Assembly (NCBI RefSeq): GCF_963921235.1
Contig: NC_086097.1
Span: forward strand, 155,994,001-156,058,000
Reading direction: 5' to 3'
DNA from: Mobula hypostoma
Taxonomy: Eukaryota
DNA length: 64,000 bases
A program made the position numbers and the translations under genes. Under the pieces are notes generated by a model that ran no database searches, was not told the origin of the DNA, and saw nothing but the letters and a program-made list of their open reading frames with translations. Every line of letters starts with the position of its first letter. Positions within the stretch are counted from its first letter, which is position 1. This document shows, piece after piece, positions 9,608 through 23,815 of the stretch.

Positions 9608-12600
9608 TAGGACATGGGGAGGAGGGGTAACAAGGTCTGGCAAAGTGAGTTCAAGGAGTTAGGTGCTAAGTTAAAGGATAGGGCCTCCAGGGTTGTGATA
9701 TCAGGATTACTACCTGTGCTACATACTAGTGAGGCCAGAATTAGGAAGGTCTTACTATTTAACACATGACTAAGGAGATGGTCTTCAGGTTTTTTGAATC
9801 ATTGGGCTCTCTTCCAGGGAAGGTGAAACCTGTACAGAAGAGATGGTTTGCATTTAAACTGGAGGGGGACTAATATCCTAGCAGGAACGTTGCTTGTGCT
9901 ACACAGTGGGGAGGGGTTAAACAAGAGCTGCAGGGGGATGGCAACCAAAGTGTCAGAACAGACAGTGGAGTGGTTGTGAAGAAAGATGTTGAAACCTCAG
10001 GCAAAGTCAGATGTCAAAATGTTGAGCATGGTGGGACTAATATTCTGAGCTGTGCAAGTAGTACTGTAAGAAAGGCAAATGAATTTAGGGCATGGGTCAG
10101 CACATGGAATTATGATATTGTAGCCATTAGGGAGACAGAAAGAGTAGGACTGACAGCTCAAGGATCTGGGGTTCGTTGTTTTAGACATGGTAGAGTGGGA
10201 GAGAATAAAAAAAGTGGGGGGGGGTGGCATACTGATCAAGGAAAATGTCATGGCAGTTCTCAGTCAAGACAGGTTGGAGAGTTCATCTAGTAAAGCGTTA
10301 TGAGTAAAAATGAGGAATAAGAAACATATGACATTATTAATGGGATTATATTACAGACCACTCAACAGTCCATGGGATTTAGAGGAACACATTTGCAGAG
10401 AGATTGCTGACTGTTTCAAGAAACATAAGTTTGTGATTGTCGGTAATTTTAACTTTCCACATATTAACTGGGAAATGTGGAAAAGGGTTGGATGGGAATG
10501 AGTTTGTCAATTATGTTCAGGAAAGTTTCCTTAATCAGTACATAGAAGTCCTAACTAGAGAGAGCACGATACTAGATTTTCTATTAAGGAATGAGACAGG
10601 GCAGATGACAAAAGTTTGTGTTGTGGAACACTTTGCATGTAGTGATCATAATGCAAATAGTTTCAAAGTAAGTATGGAAAAAGGTAGGTCTGGTCTGCGG
10701 GTTGAGATTCTAAATTGGAGACAGGCCAATTTGATGGTATCAAAAAGGATCTGGCAGGTGTGGATTGGGACAGATTGTTTTCTGCCAAAGTCATATATGG
10801 TAAGTGGGAGGCATTCAAAAGTGAAAATCTCAGAGTACAGCGTTTGTATGTTCCAGTCAGAATAAAAGGGAAGGATGACAGGTTTAGGGAGCCTTGATTT
10901 TCGAGGATATTGAGGCCTTAGTTAAGAAAAAAAAGGAGATGCAGGTATAGGGAGGTAGGAATAAATGAGGTACTTTTGAATGAAGGAAAGGTGAAAGAGA
11001 ATCCTAAGGGCTTCTATAGATATATTAGGAGCAAAAGGATAGCAAGGGACAAAATTCATCCTTCGGAAGTTCATAGTGGTAAGCTATGCATGGAGCCGAA
11101 AGAGATGGGGAGACCTTAAATGGATTTTTTTCCATTTGTATTTACTTGGGAGATGGACACAAAGGCTATATAAATGAGGCAAATCAGCAGCCAGGTCATG
11201 CACCCTATACAGGTTACAGAGGAGGAGGTGTTTGCTGTCTTGAGACAAATTAAGGAGGATCTTGCTTTGTGGATCCTGAATTGGCTTGCTCACAGAAGAC
11301 AAAGGGTGGCTGCGGATGGTTTGTATTCTGCATGGAGGTCAGTGACCAGTGGTGTTCTGCAGAGATCTTTTTAAGGACCCCTCCTCTTTGTGATTTTTAT
11401 AAATGACCTGGATGAGGAAGTAAAAGGGTGGGTTAGTAAGTTTGCTGATGACACAAAAGTTAGGGGAGTTGTGGATAGTCTGGAGGGTGGTCGGAGGTTA
11501 CAGCAGGACATCGATAGGATGCAGAACTGGACTGAGAAGAGCCAAATGAAGTTCAACCCAGGTAAGTGTGAAGTAGTTCAAATTTGAAGACAATATAATA
11601 TTAATGATAAGACTCTTGGCGGTGTGGAGGATCAGAGAAATCTTGGGGTCTGTGTGTATAGGACACTCAAAGCTTCTACTCAAGTTCGCAGTGTTGTTAA
11701 GAAGGCGTATGGTGTGTTGGCCTTCATCAGCCATGGGATTGAGTTCAAGAGCTGTGAGGTAATATTACAGCTAATATAAGACCTTATTTAGACCCCACTT
11801 GGAGTACTGTGTTCATTTCTGGTCACCTCATTACAGGAAGGATGTGGATACTATAGAGAGAGTGTAGAGGAAATTAACAAGGATATTGCCTGGATAAGAA
11901 AGCATGCCCAGTGAACTTGGCCTTTTCTCCTTGGAGCAATGGCGGATGAGAAGTGACCTGACAGAGGTGTTTAAGATGATGAGAGGCATTGATTGTGTGG
12001 ATAGCCAGAGGCTTTTTCTCAGGGTGAAGTGGCTAACATGAGGGGGCATAGTTTTAGGGTGCTTGGAAGTAGGTACAAGGGGGATTTCAGAGGTTAATTT
12101 TTCACACAGGGAGTGGTAGGTGCATGGAATGCACTGTCAGTGAAGGTGATAGAAGTGGATACAATAGGGCCTTTTAAGAGACTCTTAGACAGGTAAAATA
12201 GACGGCTATGCAGTAGGGAAATATTAGGCAGTTTCTAGAGTAGGTTACATGGTTGGCACAACATTGTGGACTTAAGGACTTATAATGTGCTTTAGATTTC
12301 TATATTTCTATGTAAATCCCCAGGGCCTGACAAGGTGTTCCCTCAGACTCTGTGGGAGGATGGTGCAGAAATTACAGAGGCCCTTGTAGAGATATTTAAA
12401 GTATTCTTAGCAAGAGGCGAGGTGCTGGAGGATTAGGGGATAGTTGATGTTATTCCATTTCTTTTAAGAAAAGCTCTAAGAATGTCAGGAAATTATAGGT
12501 CTGTGATTCTGACATCAATAATGGGGAAGTTATTGGAAGATACTTATAGGGACAGGATATATAAGTATTTGGGTAGACAGGAACTGATTAGGGATAGTCA

Positions 12601-13715
12601 ACATGGCTTTGTGCATTTTAGGTTGTGTCTATCCAATCTTACAGAGTTCTTCGAGGAAGTTACTAGGAAAGTTGATGAAGGCAGGCAGTGAATATTGTCT
12701 ACATGAACCTTAGCAAGGCCTTTGACAAGGTTCCGCTTGTGACTAGTGGAGTGCTGCAGAGATCAGTGCTGGGTCTACTATTGTTTGTCATCTATATCAA
12801 CATCTGGATGATTATGTGGTGAATTATTTGTGGATGACACCAAGGTTAGGGGTGTAGTGGACAGAGAGGAAGACTACCAAAGCTTGCAGTGGGATCTGGA
12901 CCAGCTAAAAAAATGGGCTGAAAAATGGCAAATGGAATTTAATACAGATAAGTGTGTGGTGTTGTACTTTAGGTTTTACAAGGTGTATGGTGGGGGACTG
13001 AGGAGTACAGTAGAACAGGGGTATCTGAGGATACATATCCATAAATCCTTGAAGGCAGTGTCACAGGGAGACAGGTTCATAAAAGGAAGCTTTTGACACA
13101 CTGACCTTCATAAATCGATATACTGAGTATGTGAGTTGGGATTTATGATGAAATTGTATAAGATGTTGGTGAGGCCTAATTTGGAGTGCAGTTTTGGTCA
13201 CCTACTTATAAGTAAGTTGTAAAAAAGATTGAAGTAGTGCAGAGAAGATTTACAAGGATGTTGCCAGGACTTGAGAACCTGGGTTATTGGGAAAGCTGGA
13301 ATGGGTTTGGACTTCATTCCCTGAAACATAGAAGACTGAGGGGAGATTTGATAGAGGCATACAAAATTACAGGGGTTATACATAGGGTAAATGTCAGCAG
13401 GCTTTTTCTACTGAGGTTGTGTGAGACTACAACAAGAGGTCATGGGGTAAAGAGGAAAGATGGAATCTTCAAGGGAGATGTGACGGGGAAACTCTTCACT
13501 CAGAGCGTGGTGAGAGTATGAAATGTGCTGCCTGTGCAAGTGGTGAATATGGTGTCAATTTCAAACATTTAGAGAAATTTGGATAGTTATATGCTTGGGA
13601 AGGATATGGAAGGTTACATTCTGGAAGCAGGTCAATGGGAATGGTTGAATTAATGGTTCAGTAAGGACTAGTACCAAAGGTACCAAACTAGTACTAGTTC
13701 TGTGCTGTTGAGACC
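9608..13715 (+). mobile_element. Decayed CR1 (ORF1 esterase end, ORF2 and 3' end), interrupted by a second CR1 at about 11254-12312
   Basis: SRVVISGLLP-like esterase at 9680-9720; APE fragments (STWNYDIVAI, GLYYRP, GNFNFP); host sequence is contiguous across the insert (LRQI..|KSPGPD). Confidence 0.88.
11254..12312 (+). mobile_element. 5'-truncated CR1 nested in CR1
   Basis: Starts at DLALWILNWL, contains KFADDTK, ends tttctatatttctatg. Confidence 0.85.
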
Positions 13716-13719
13716 TCTG

Positions 13720-14640
13720 TAATAATAATTTGGATGAAACTATAAGGTGTCTGATCAGTAAGTTTGTCGTTGGCACAAAAATTGATACAGCTGTGAATAG
13801 CGAGGAACGTACAGGGGGATGTAGATCAGTTGGAAACTTGGGTGGTGAAATTGTACATAAAGTTTTATCTAGGCAAGTGAGAGGTGTTGCTTTTCATGAG
13901 GGCAAGTGCAAGATAAAAGTATACTGGACACTTAACAACACTGATGTGCTGAGAGAACTGGGAGTCGAAGTCTACAGCTTCCTAAAAGGGGCAACACGAG
14001 AAGATAGACACAGAGCATGCCTGCCTTCACTGGTTTGGGCATTTAGTATAAAAGTTGAGAAATCATATAGTAGCTATATAAAACTTTGGTTTAGTTACAT
14101 TTGGAGAACTGCGTGCAGTTCTGGTCACCATAATTCAAAAAAAGATGAAGACTTTAAAGATGGTGTAGAAGAGGTTCATCTACATTTTGTGTTAATTGGA
14201 GTGTATTAGTTATAATAAGAGGCTTTACAAGCTTGTGAGTTACCTCTGGAGAGGTGGTGGCTGAAGGGATGATAGAAATTTATAAAATTATGAGATGCAC
14301 AGATACATCAGATAGTTAGTCTTTTACCCCAGGGTGGAAATTTCCGATAGTAAAAGGCATAGATTTAAGAAGAGCGGGGAAAATTTTAAAGTAGATTTAT
14401 GCAGCATTTTTTTTAAACACAGTGAGTGGTAGTTGCCTGGAATATACATCCAGGAGAGATTGTATAAATGGATGCAATCACCATGTTTAAGAGGCATTTA
14501 ATTAGACATCTGAACAGTCAGGAAAGTGAGAAATACAGGTCAGGTGCAGACAGATGGTATTAGTTTAATCTGCACCATGGTCAACACAGAGACTGTGGGC
14601 TAAAAGACCTATTCCAGTGCTTTTGCTATCCATGAAGCAT
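13720..14640 (+). mobile_element. Old CR1 RT/3' fragment
   Basis: ISKFVVGTK (a decayed SKFADDTK) and a degenerate 3' region. Confidence 0.7.
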
Positions 14641-15234
14641 GTGGAATGGAAACACCAAAGTCCTTGAACAGAAAATCTCACAAAAGTAATGGATATGGTC
14701 CTGTCCATCAATTGTAAAGCCTTCCCAACAGTAAGAGCACATCTACATGGAACACAGTTGCAGGAAGGCGGCATCCATCATCGGGGACCACCTTCAGCGA
14801 GGACATGTTCGCTTTTCACTACGACCATCAGGAAGAAAATACAGGAAGCTCAAGACTCACGACCACCAGGTTCAGGGACTGTTACTACCCCTCAAATATC
14901 AGGGTCTTGAACCAAAGTGGATAACTTCACTGAACTTCACTTGTCCCAGCGCTGAGCTATTCCCACAGCCAATAGACTCACTTTCAAGGAGTCATCATCT
15001 CATGTCCTCAATATTTATTGTTTATTTATTTATTATTACTATTTTCTTGCTTTTGTATTTGCAGTTTGTTGTCTTCTACACTCTGGCTGAATGCCCAAGT
15101 TAGGCAGTTTTTCATTGATTCTGTATGGTTAGTATTGTATAGATTTATCGAGTATGCCCACAAGAAAATGAATCTCAGCATTGTTTATGTCGACATATAA
15201 GTACTTTCAAAATAAATTTACTTTGAACTTTGAA
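14640..15234 (+). mobile_element. Rex1/Babar-like LINE 3' end
   Basis: CRKAASIIGDH..GH..FSLRPSGRKYR; tail aataaatttactttgaactttgaa. Confidence 0.72.
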
Positions 15235-15334
15235 GTAGATTTCTTCAGACCTACAGCATAGAAAGAGACTTACCTTTAAGAGGGTAAACTCCTCGTAAAT
15301 CTAACTTGTGTCCTCTCCAATTTAATGACCTTCC

Positions 15335-16040
15335 TTAGAGTCATAAAGAAGTACAGCACAGAAACAGCTCCTTTGTTCCATCTATTCCATACTAAACCAT
15401 GTAAGCTGCCTACTCCCATAGACCTGCACTGGGACCATAGCCCCCCATACCCCTACCATCTATCTTCCTATCCAAACTGCTCTTCAGCGTTGAAATCAAA
15501 CTTGCATGCACCACTTGTGCTGGCAGCTTATTCCACACTCACATGACCATCTGAGCGAAGAAGTCTCCCTTAAACTTTTCACCTTTCCCCCTTAACCCAT
15601 GTCGTCTAGTTGTAGTCCCACCCAACCTTAGTAGTAAAAGCCTGCTTGCATTTACCTTATCTACACCCCTCATAATTTTGTATACCTCTATGAAATCTCC
15701 TCTCAATGTTCTACGTTCCAAGAATGAAGTCCTAACCTGTTCAATCTTTCCTTATAACCCATATCCAGATCCTCCAGATCCAGCAACATTCTTGTAAATT
15801 TTCTCTGTACTCTCTCAACCTTGATTACTTCTCTTCTGTAGGTTGGTGACCAAAACTGTACACATTACTCCAAATCAGTCCTCACCAATGGCCTACCTAA
15901 CTTCAACGTAAAATCCCATCTTCTGTACTCAGTACTTCCATTTATGAAAACCAATCTGCCAAAAGCTTTCTTTATGGTCCTATCTACCTGTGATACTACT
16001 TTCAATGAATTATGGACCTGTATTCACAGATCCCTTTTTA
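15335..16040 (-). mobile_element. CR1 3' fragment
   Basis: ERRTLRGDFIEVYKIMRG ORF fragment and CR1 3' UTR. Confidence 0.82.
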
Positions 16041-16934
16041 TATCATGATGACCATAACTGTATGCAGTGTTCCAAATGTGCCCTTCCAACATCCTATCTG
16101 CTGTTAACATCCCAACTGCTGCTCCTTTGTGCTTCTGATCCAGAAAGAGTGTCCTAAAGGTGTTCTGAAGCAGTTACCCTTAGCATGAAATTTTTCCCAA
16201 GATTTTGACCTGGGTCAACAAGATTTAAGCTAGTATGTGAACTTTGCAAATCACCATGCTCTATTAAATTTGAAATTCAGATGGTTTGGGTTGGATTAGA
16301 TATTTTAAATAAAACAGAAACCAGAAACATGCAGGAAACATTGATTAGACATTTATTTTAGATTCCTGCAGTTTTCTGCTTTGGGATTGAATTTTTAATT
16401 TTTTTTTTCAAAACTTGTCCACTCTATCCAATTATTTTAGTGCCGATAAGATTCACAGGGTGAAGTCAAATTAATTAACAGAACTAAACCATTGAAAGAT
16501 ATTAAAAGTCAAAATAAAGGAATAAAAATATTCTTTGTCAATTCCAGTAAATCGTGCTTTTTGTCTCTTTTGCCTTCTAAGTGTTCTACTCTTTGGGTCT
16601 TGTCCCATTATGTGATTTTTATAATTTATCACTATTGCAAATGCTTTGATGGAATAAAGATTATCGGCTATTTTTTCAAATTAATGAACAGCTGTGATAC
16701 ACTTAGGGAATGTTGTGCTTGTGCTCATTATTTTACCAAAATGGATGCCTGAACTTTGAGCAATTTGCAAACCATTCTGAGCAGGCTCTGCTACAAATTA
16801 GTCCATGGCTAAGCATGGAGGTCAGGAATCACCAGGATGATTTATAACTTCTTAATATTATACCTCACAATGACTCAACAAATTTATTGACTGAACTGGT
16901 GACGTAAACTGATGATAATGATTTAGCTCAAAGT

Positions 16935-17345
16935 TTAGACATTGAAGAGTACAGCACAACAAGAACAGGCATTTTGATCTATAATGTTGTGGCAAACTGA
17001 TTACTAATTTTAATTATATAATAATTCAATAATTAACAATTAATTAACTAATTAAACTAATCCCTTCTGCTTTCACAAGGCTTATTTCTCGGCATTCTCT
17101 GCACATTCATGTACCTATCTAAAAGCCTCTTAAATGTCTGCCATCATATTTGCCTCTTCTGTCACCCCCTGGCAGTGCAACTTAGGCATCCACCACACTT
17201 TACATAAAAAAGATTGGCCACTTATCTCCTTTCAGCTTACCTGCTCGCGCGTTAAATACATGCCCTCTTATATTAGAGATTTCAAGCTCTATCTATGTCT
17301 CTTATAATCTTATAAACTTCCATTAGGCCTTCCCTTTATCCTCCA
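16935..17345 (-). mobile_element. Old CR1 3' fragment with an AT-rich (TAAT-type) expansion at about 17000-17060
   Basis: CR1 3' UTR similarity (gtacagcaca...aacaggc...atgttgtg). Confidence 0.6.
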
Positions 17346-17468
17346 GACTCCAGCATCTTATTTTGTCACACTGTTATATTTTGATTTTACACTCTTATCA
17401 TGATTTGTAAGCAGGAACATGGACTCAGGCTCTCTGCTAACCTGTTACATGTCCGTTAACACTGCTTC

Positions 17469-17643
17469 ACAAACAAGAGAAAATCTGCAGATGCTGGAAA
17501 TCCAAGCAACACACACAAAATGCTGGAGAAATTCAGCACCTCAGCAACGTCTATGGAAAAAAGTGCAGTCAACGTTTCAGGCCGAGACTCTTCAGCAGGA
17601 CCCTTCTGGCCTACTGAGTCCTCCAGCATTTTGTGTGTGTTGC
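17469..17643 (-). mobile_element. Palindromic Penelope-derived mini-element (inverted partial pLTRs) with hammerhead remnant
   Basis: 23-bp perfect inverted arms at 17506-17528 and 17621-17643; minus strand gtc-CTGCTGA-agagtctcggcct-GAAA-cgtt-gactg at 17566-17601; flanking near-direct repeat aacact(g/a)cttc. Confidence 0.8.
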
Positions 17644-17959
17644 ATGAACACTACTTCCTACCTTTGCACTTCTGCAGTCAACCATTGTGTTTGCCAGTCA
17701 TTTTGCATTTCTAACAATGCTTTCTGATAAATAAGCAAAAGTCAGCGCAAAACCACAGCAGCAGCCGAAACTTCGATTCCTCTACACATATGACCATCTA
17801 CTTCTAGGCTGACAACTTTATGCAATGGCCCATTTGGAGCTGCAACAGTGTCAGATGTTATAAGTTTGCCTTTTTGAACTCAGAGTGAGAGATCAGGTTC
17901 AAATCAGGAGCTCACCATGCTTGTCAACATTTTTAAAGTGTATTAGCTTAAAAGATCTG

Positions 17960-18245
17960 GGGCACCACCATGTCCTCTAGCAAAGCTCCAATTACCCAGT
18001 TCAACCTCAAGCTTCAGTCCTGTGTGACGTTTCTGCATTCTCCACAAAGATTTCCTCTGGATGCTCTCTTTTTGTCCAAAATGCGAAAGGCGTAAAGGTT
18101 TCTGGGTTAACTGGCCACAGTAAATTGTCTCTGGCATAGTGATAAATGTAGAATCTAGAGATGGGAATGAAGAGGGAATGGAATTAATGTAGGATTTGTG
18201 AAACAGCTGCTTGAAGATATTGTTTCTTTGCTGAATGTTTCTATG
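17960..18245 (+). mobile_element. Degenerate V-SINE-like (HE1-type) SINE
   Basis: Core resembling tttcctccgggtgctcc..tt..c, then ttaactggcc..taaattgtc; CR1-like tail. Confidence 0.5.
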
Positions 18246-18489
18246 TGTTAGTTCTTCCTGGTTTGAATTTAAAAAGGTGTAATAAAATGTTAAAATAAAA
18301 TTGTGCTGATATTGTTGATGGAGCACTTTTGATTTGAATATGTTAAACAGCTGACCACAGGTCACCTGCCTTCTATCACATGTACAAATCATTTGACACA
18401 TCCCTAAGAATAAACAGCAAGGAGTTGCTTTCGGTGATTACAGCTAGTCATGTTGATTTTAAGTTCTGCTGCCATTTTAAGTAAGATTG

Positions 18490-19285
18490 AGGAGCTTAGG
18501 AGGAGACAAGAGCGCCTCATGGCATCTCCTTTGCTTGCATCTTCAGAAACAGCTCTATTTCCATTTTTAATATCTCTATTTTCCCTTTCAGGATCCATTC
18601 AGGAATTACATGCTGACTTTGGTTCTTTGCAGGAATGGGACCCGCTGTCAGGGTTTCATGACTGGCCGTTATTCGACATGCCAAGGGTGTGGCCTAAGAG
18701 CTCAGCTCACCTTCAGCGGGCCGAGATTCCATGGCTCTGGAGATGGGCGGATCGAAGGTCGGTGTCTCGGCAGAAGATCAGTGTGTAGTGGAAGTTGGAA
18801 GATGTACGGCTGTGTGCCCAGAGACCTGAAATCTTTAGGCACAGAGCTCGGAAAAAGCAACACAACGGACTTTTAACATCACAAACCAGTGAGTTGTTTG
18901 TTATGGCTCCCCACTTGCTGTGAAATGGAGACATCTCTTTCTCCCTTATTAGGGAGAGAGCCTGTGGTATGTCGAATACCAGGTGAATGAATTATCTTTG
19001 GGGTACTGGAAGTCTGTGTCTTTGCTGTTGCTTTGCTTCACGCTTGAGTGCTCAGTCGTGGGTGCTGATGCTTTTTTTTGCTGGTGGGGAGAGGGGGATC
19101 GTTGCTTGCTGCCACTTACACTGGGAGGGAGAAGAGCTGGGGGTACTTTGGGGTTCTAACATTTAACTGTCAGTTATTCTTTGGGGGCACTCCTCTGTTT
19201 TCATGAATGGTTGCAAAGGAAAAGCATTTCAGGATGTATATTGTATACATTTCTCTGATATTAAATCTATCTTTGAAACCTTTGA
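18490..19285 (+). mobile_element. Unclassified non-coding retroelement, probably LINE-derived and non-autonomous
   Basis: CpG-richer body with a 3' end (gcatttcagg.tgtatattgtatacatt...attaaa..ctttgaaacctttgaa) similar to the Rex/Babar-type ends in this window. Confidence 0.5.
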
Positions 19286-20148
19286 AGATTGCAATGTATC
19301 TTATTAAGTTAATATTCAATGAATAGGTTAAGCTGGTGGACAGTGAAGTATTGTTTGAATATGTTAAGCATTCATGAGCTGATGCTGTCAAAAATTAATT
19401 TTTCTTCATGAACTATTATCTTCTATTGGCCCTGATCCACATGTATCCTGATATAATAAAGCACAAAAGCATCTGTACTAAAAACTTAAGATCACAATTT
19501 GTGGAAGGAAAAAAAAGTCATGTTCTGGATGTTATTACACAAAACTGATTATTCCTTTGGAAAAATCCTAACAATAAGAAGTGGAAACCATTTGTGTCCA
19601 CAAATGATACTGCTTTTCACAGAACATATTGCCTTCAAGACAATTTGGAGATTTTGAAGCTTATTTTAAGAAAACTTAGAACATATCAAACAGATATTTA
19701 ATCATGGAGCAGACAAGTTGTAACAAAAGCGATCACAAGATTTTGCTAAATTGCTAGATCTGGTGAATCAGTATTTTATGTCTCACATTTAAGTATCAGA
19801 ACTGTATATTTCTCTTACAGACATAGTGCAAACATTTTTCCAGTAATTGTTTGACTGCAATCTGTGAGTTTTTAACCAGTCCTGTAAAGCCTAAATTTTG
19901 TTTTGAACCTGGTTCATGATCTTTAGTACTGTGTGAATTTATTTAGAAGAAAGTCTAAGCTGATTAAAAAGAACAGTTTCACTAAAAATCTGATTTTTAA
20001 TAGTTATTAATAAATAGAATGTATTATTTCTATTCCATCGCCTACCTGTCATTAATCTAATATTGTGCTCCAGGCTACTTTTTCTGTGTATAGAGCTCTG
20101 AGCCAGTCAAGTTGTCTTTCAATAGCTTGAGTGCTGAAAAAAAATCCA

Positions 20149-20762
20149 GTTCTGGAAGCCAGTTTTTTCAACAATTTCTAAAGCACTTGAAATTAATCTA
20201 CAACCTAATAAATTAACTGGGCTTTTTGGAATAATTCCTCAAAATATTCATGGTATTTCTGTGTCTGACCAACATGTTATTGTTACATTGATAGCTAGGA
20301 GGGCCATTTTGTTGAAGTGGAAGGATACATCAGCTCCCACTTTGTCACAATGGTTCTCTGAAGTGATGCTATGTCTTAGTTTGGAGAAAATTAGAAGTCG
20401 AACCTTTGAAACTTTATTTGATTTTGAGAAAAGGTGGGGCTCATTTGCTCGTTATTATCATTTGATCTAATTGGTAGATTTTTTCCACGATCTAATTGTA
20501 AATTTTTTGGTATATTTTCTTATCTTGCTGGCAGTTTGATGTTTATTTTTAGAAGCTTTTTGTATGACGCATGGCTCCGGGGTTGTACCCCTAATGGGTT
20601 TCTTTCCCTCACTTTTTCTGCTTAGTAGGTTTTTTTCGTTATCACAATTTTTTTTCAGTTTTTAAGATAATGTCTTTTTTGAGACATTGTAAGTGTTGTT
20701 ACTTCAATGTACTTGTGTTATTTCTTTTGTATAATATAACAATATAAAGATTTGAAAAGAAA
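20149..20762 (+). mobile_element. 5'-truncated L1 (ORF2 C-terminus, 3' UTR, A-rich tail); different family from the full-length copy
   Basis: FWKPVFSTIS...LIARRAILLKWK...PTLSQW...LEKI...KRW, homologous to the C-terminus of the 51919 ORF; flanks gaaaaaaaatcca and gaaaaacatcca look like a decayed TSD. Confidence 0.85.
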
Positions 20763-22255
20763 GAAAAACATCCATGTATACACTGTTGGTAGAGGAGAAA
20801 GCCAATTGAACAAAGTGTAAGTGGTGAAACAAAAATGGAAGGATTGTTCATTGTTACAATGCAAAAATTGTGGAGCTCATGTTGTGCTTTAACAAAGAAG
20901 TCTGTGTGACCAATACAGTTGCACATGTAAATTTTACAAGGAGACTCTTTGAAAGTTCTTAAAGATTCAGGGATCTCCAGATCATTACCCAATTTTTAAT
21001 TTTTAATGATTACTTCATTCTGAAAGAACAATGGTATAGCTGCTTTCCCTGTTTTTAACAGAAGACAATTGAGTTTTCCAGGATTTAGGGAATGTTAACT
21101 GAAATATATTTTGAATATATAAGCGGAAGGAGTTCTCTGCCCCTGTGTTCACAAAAATCAAGTTTCTTTACCTGGGCAATAACCTAACACCACCTCATGA
21201 CACAAACTATTCTCTGATTTATTACCTTCTCCTCCCTCACTAAGCTCAGAAAATCCTGCCTTGGACAACCTCAAACAATGACATCATGATTTTCTGCCCC
21301 TGATTAATGCTGGCTACCTCATCCCTGAGTGCTATCTGGCCACCTGACCAATGTTTTACCATCAGACCACCCATTGGTTCCTACTGACTATGACGTGCTA
21401 ACCTTCCAATGACCACCTTCTAGTTTCAACTGCCATCAGATCCTCCAACCACTATGTCAGATGAAGGTAGAGAGAAAAGAATACTCTGACGTTTTCTAAT
21501 TGGATAGCCAGGCATAACTGCATATAAGCAGATGATGAGGGATGCAGATAAGAATATTGACAATACAAAAGGAAGTGTAATTCTGAAATATTGCTCCACA
21601 CTACATTGAAAAATGAAAAAAACTAAACACCATGCTTAGCCAAGACAGATCCATCTGTTTCTGAACTAAAACATATTATTTGATAATTCAGGCTAGAGCC
21701 AATCCTCGAGCATGTTGTGAAAAATAATTTGGCCATACTGATGAAGTAATTATGGGACAATCATTGTATTTGTTCTTCTTTAGATGTTATGACACCTCAA
21801 ACTGTGTAAGTTTAAGATTTAGCTCTGACATTATAACTTCATGAAGCATGGACTGAATTTTGGCATACTTGTCACTTGGCAACAATTGGAAATTATTAGA
21901 TGGTCATTATCCTTTATATGAATAGAAAATTAAATATTTGTCCTTCCATATTCAACTTCATGTTTCTGTGCAATATATCTCAGACTCTGATATTGTTTCA
22001 TGGAGATATTTGGGTTCATAGCCTGCACACAATAATAGCCCAAACTGAAGAGGTGACTCATTCATCTGAATAAAATATACACTCACACCTGCCTAAATTC
22101 CTTCAGTAATTTCTCTGCCATTAGTTGTTAGTATTTTCTCTTAAAACTTTTAATCAGAAAGGCCTTGGCTGGAGACACAAGAGACTGCAGATACAGAAAC
22201 CAGGAGCAATAAACAATCTGCTGGAAGAACTCAACTAGCCTGTCCACATCTATGG

Positions 22256-22785
22256 GCCCCTTATCTTAGAAAGGAAGTGCTGAAACTGGAGAGGATTCAA
22301 AAGAGGTTCATGAAAATCATTCCAGGATTGAATGTCCTGTCATATGAAGAGCGTCTGATGGCTCTGGGCCTGGATTTGCTGGAATTCAGAAGAATGAGGT
22401 GTGATTTCATTGAAACCTATCAAATGGTGAAAGGCCTCGATAGATGGATGTGGAGAGGATGTTTCCTACAGTGGAAGAGTCTAAGAACAGTGGACAGTCT
22501 CAGAATAAAGGGTGTCCTTTTAGAACAGAGATTAGGGGGAATTTCTTTAGCCAGAAAGCACCAAATCTATGGAATTCTTTGCCATAAACAGCTGTGGCGA
22601 GTGTTTTGATGTATATTTAAAGCAGAGGTTGACAGATTTTTGATTGATCAGGGCATGAAGGGATACAGGGAGAAGACAGGATATTGGGGCAGAGAAGGTA
22701 ATTAGATCAGCTGTGATGAAATGGCAGAGCAGACTCGATGAGCCAGATGGCCTAATCCTGCTCCTATATCTTATGGTCTTATGGA
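22256..22785 (+). mobile_element. CR1 3' fragment with (TTATGGTC)n tail, inserted into a minus-strand Penelope pLTR relic (about 22172-22830)
   Basis: LERIQKRFMKIIPGL ORF; left flank resembles 17470-17555 and right flank resembles a decayed reverse-complemented hammerhead. Confidence 0.78.
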
Positions 22786-22959
22786 AAGCAACTGTTGATT
22801 CTTCAGGTGGAAAACCTGTTTCAGAACGACAGCTCTTGAAGATACCTGTGGGTTCGCAATATATTACAACATTTCCTCAATAAGTAGAAAGCAACACCAC
22901 TTTATACTGCAGTATTGTCTACCTCTAAACATTATTTTTAAACACTTTGTTACACAACG

Positions 22960-23206
22960 TTAGTCAGAGAGTGGTGAATCTGTGGCATTCGTTGCTACAA
23001 GCGGCCATGGAGACCAAGTCATTGGGTATATTTAAGGCAGAGGTTGATAGGTTCATGATTTGTCAGGGAATGAAGGGATATGGAGAGAAGGTAGGAGATT
23101 GGGGCTGAGAGGAAAAATGGATCAGCCATGATGAAATGGCAGAGAAGACTTGGTAGGCAAAATTGCGTAATTCCTGTTCCTATATTTTATGGTCTTATAT
23201 CTTATA
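22960..23206 (+). mobile_element. Short CR1 3' end
   Basis: QRVVNLW...FKAEVDRF; ttatggtcttatatcttat tail. Confidence 0.8.
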
Positions 23207-23815
23207 AGGTCAGATTGAATTGCAAAACTTGTTTTATAAAAAATATTCATGAATAGTTATGGACCTATTTTGAGAATGACACTGTAAGTTTCCTTCAAGA
23301 TGAAACATAGAAAGCCTGAAGCTATTTGACAGCGAGTGTGTTCAGCAATGTCAGACCTGTCAGCTTGGCTCCTATACCATTCAGTTGAATGTCCTTAATC
23401 AGTTGACATTACACTGACTATTCATTGGTCATTTTGAGGCAGCAAGATGTGATTTTTCATTAAATAATTTGAATTTCGAGTAGTCATTGTATGATTTCAA
23501 ATGGAATGAAAAAGCATCTCTTCCATATATTGTTTATTAAGTCCTAATAAATTAGAACATTATCACAGAATAAAAGTGATTTTATGTGCTTCAAGCCAAT
23601 TAAAAAAATATTGACCTTCTGACCTTGGAGAGATGCCCAGCTGTTTAAACCACCTATGCATGTCAGAACATTGCACTTCAGGTTTAATTGCTGGAGGTAA
23701 AATGACAAGACTTTCACTATTATTTTATGTAAATTGAATATTGTGAACTGGATTTTCTTCTTGGTTTTGACAATTTACACATGACGGAGAAGAAGTTGAT
23801 GCAATAGTATTAGTG

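Noticed and set aside
13665..13700. Palindrome aactagtactagtt with local duplications
   Set aside because: A small repair or slippage scar within a CR1 3' UTR; no sign of function.
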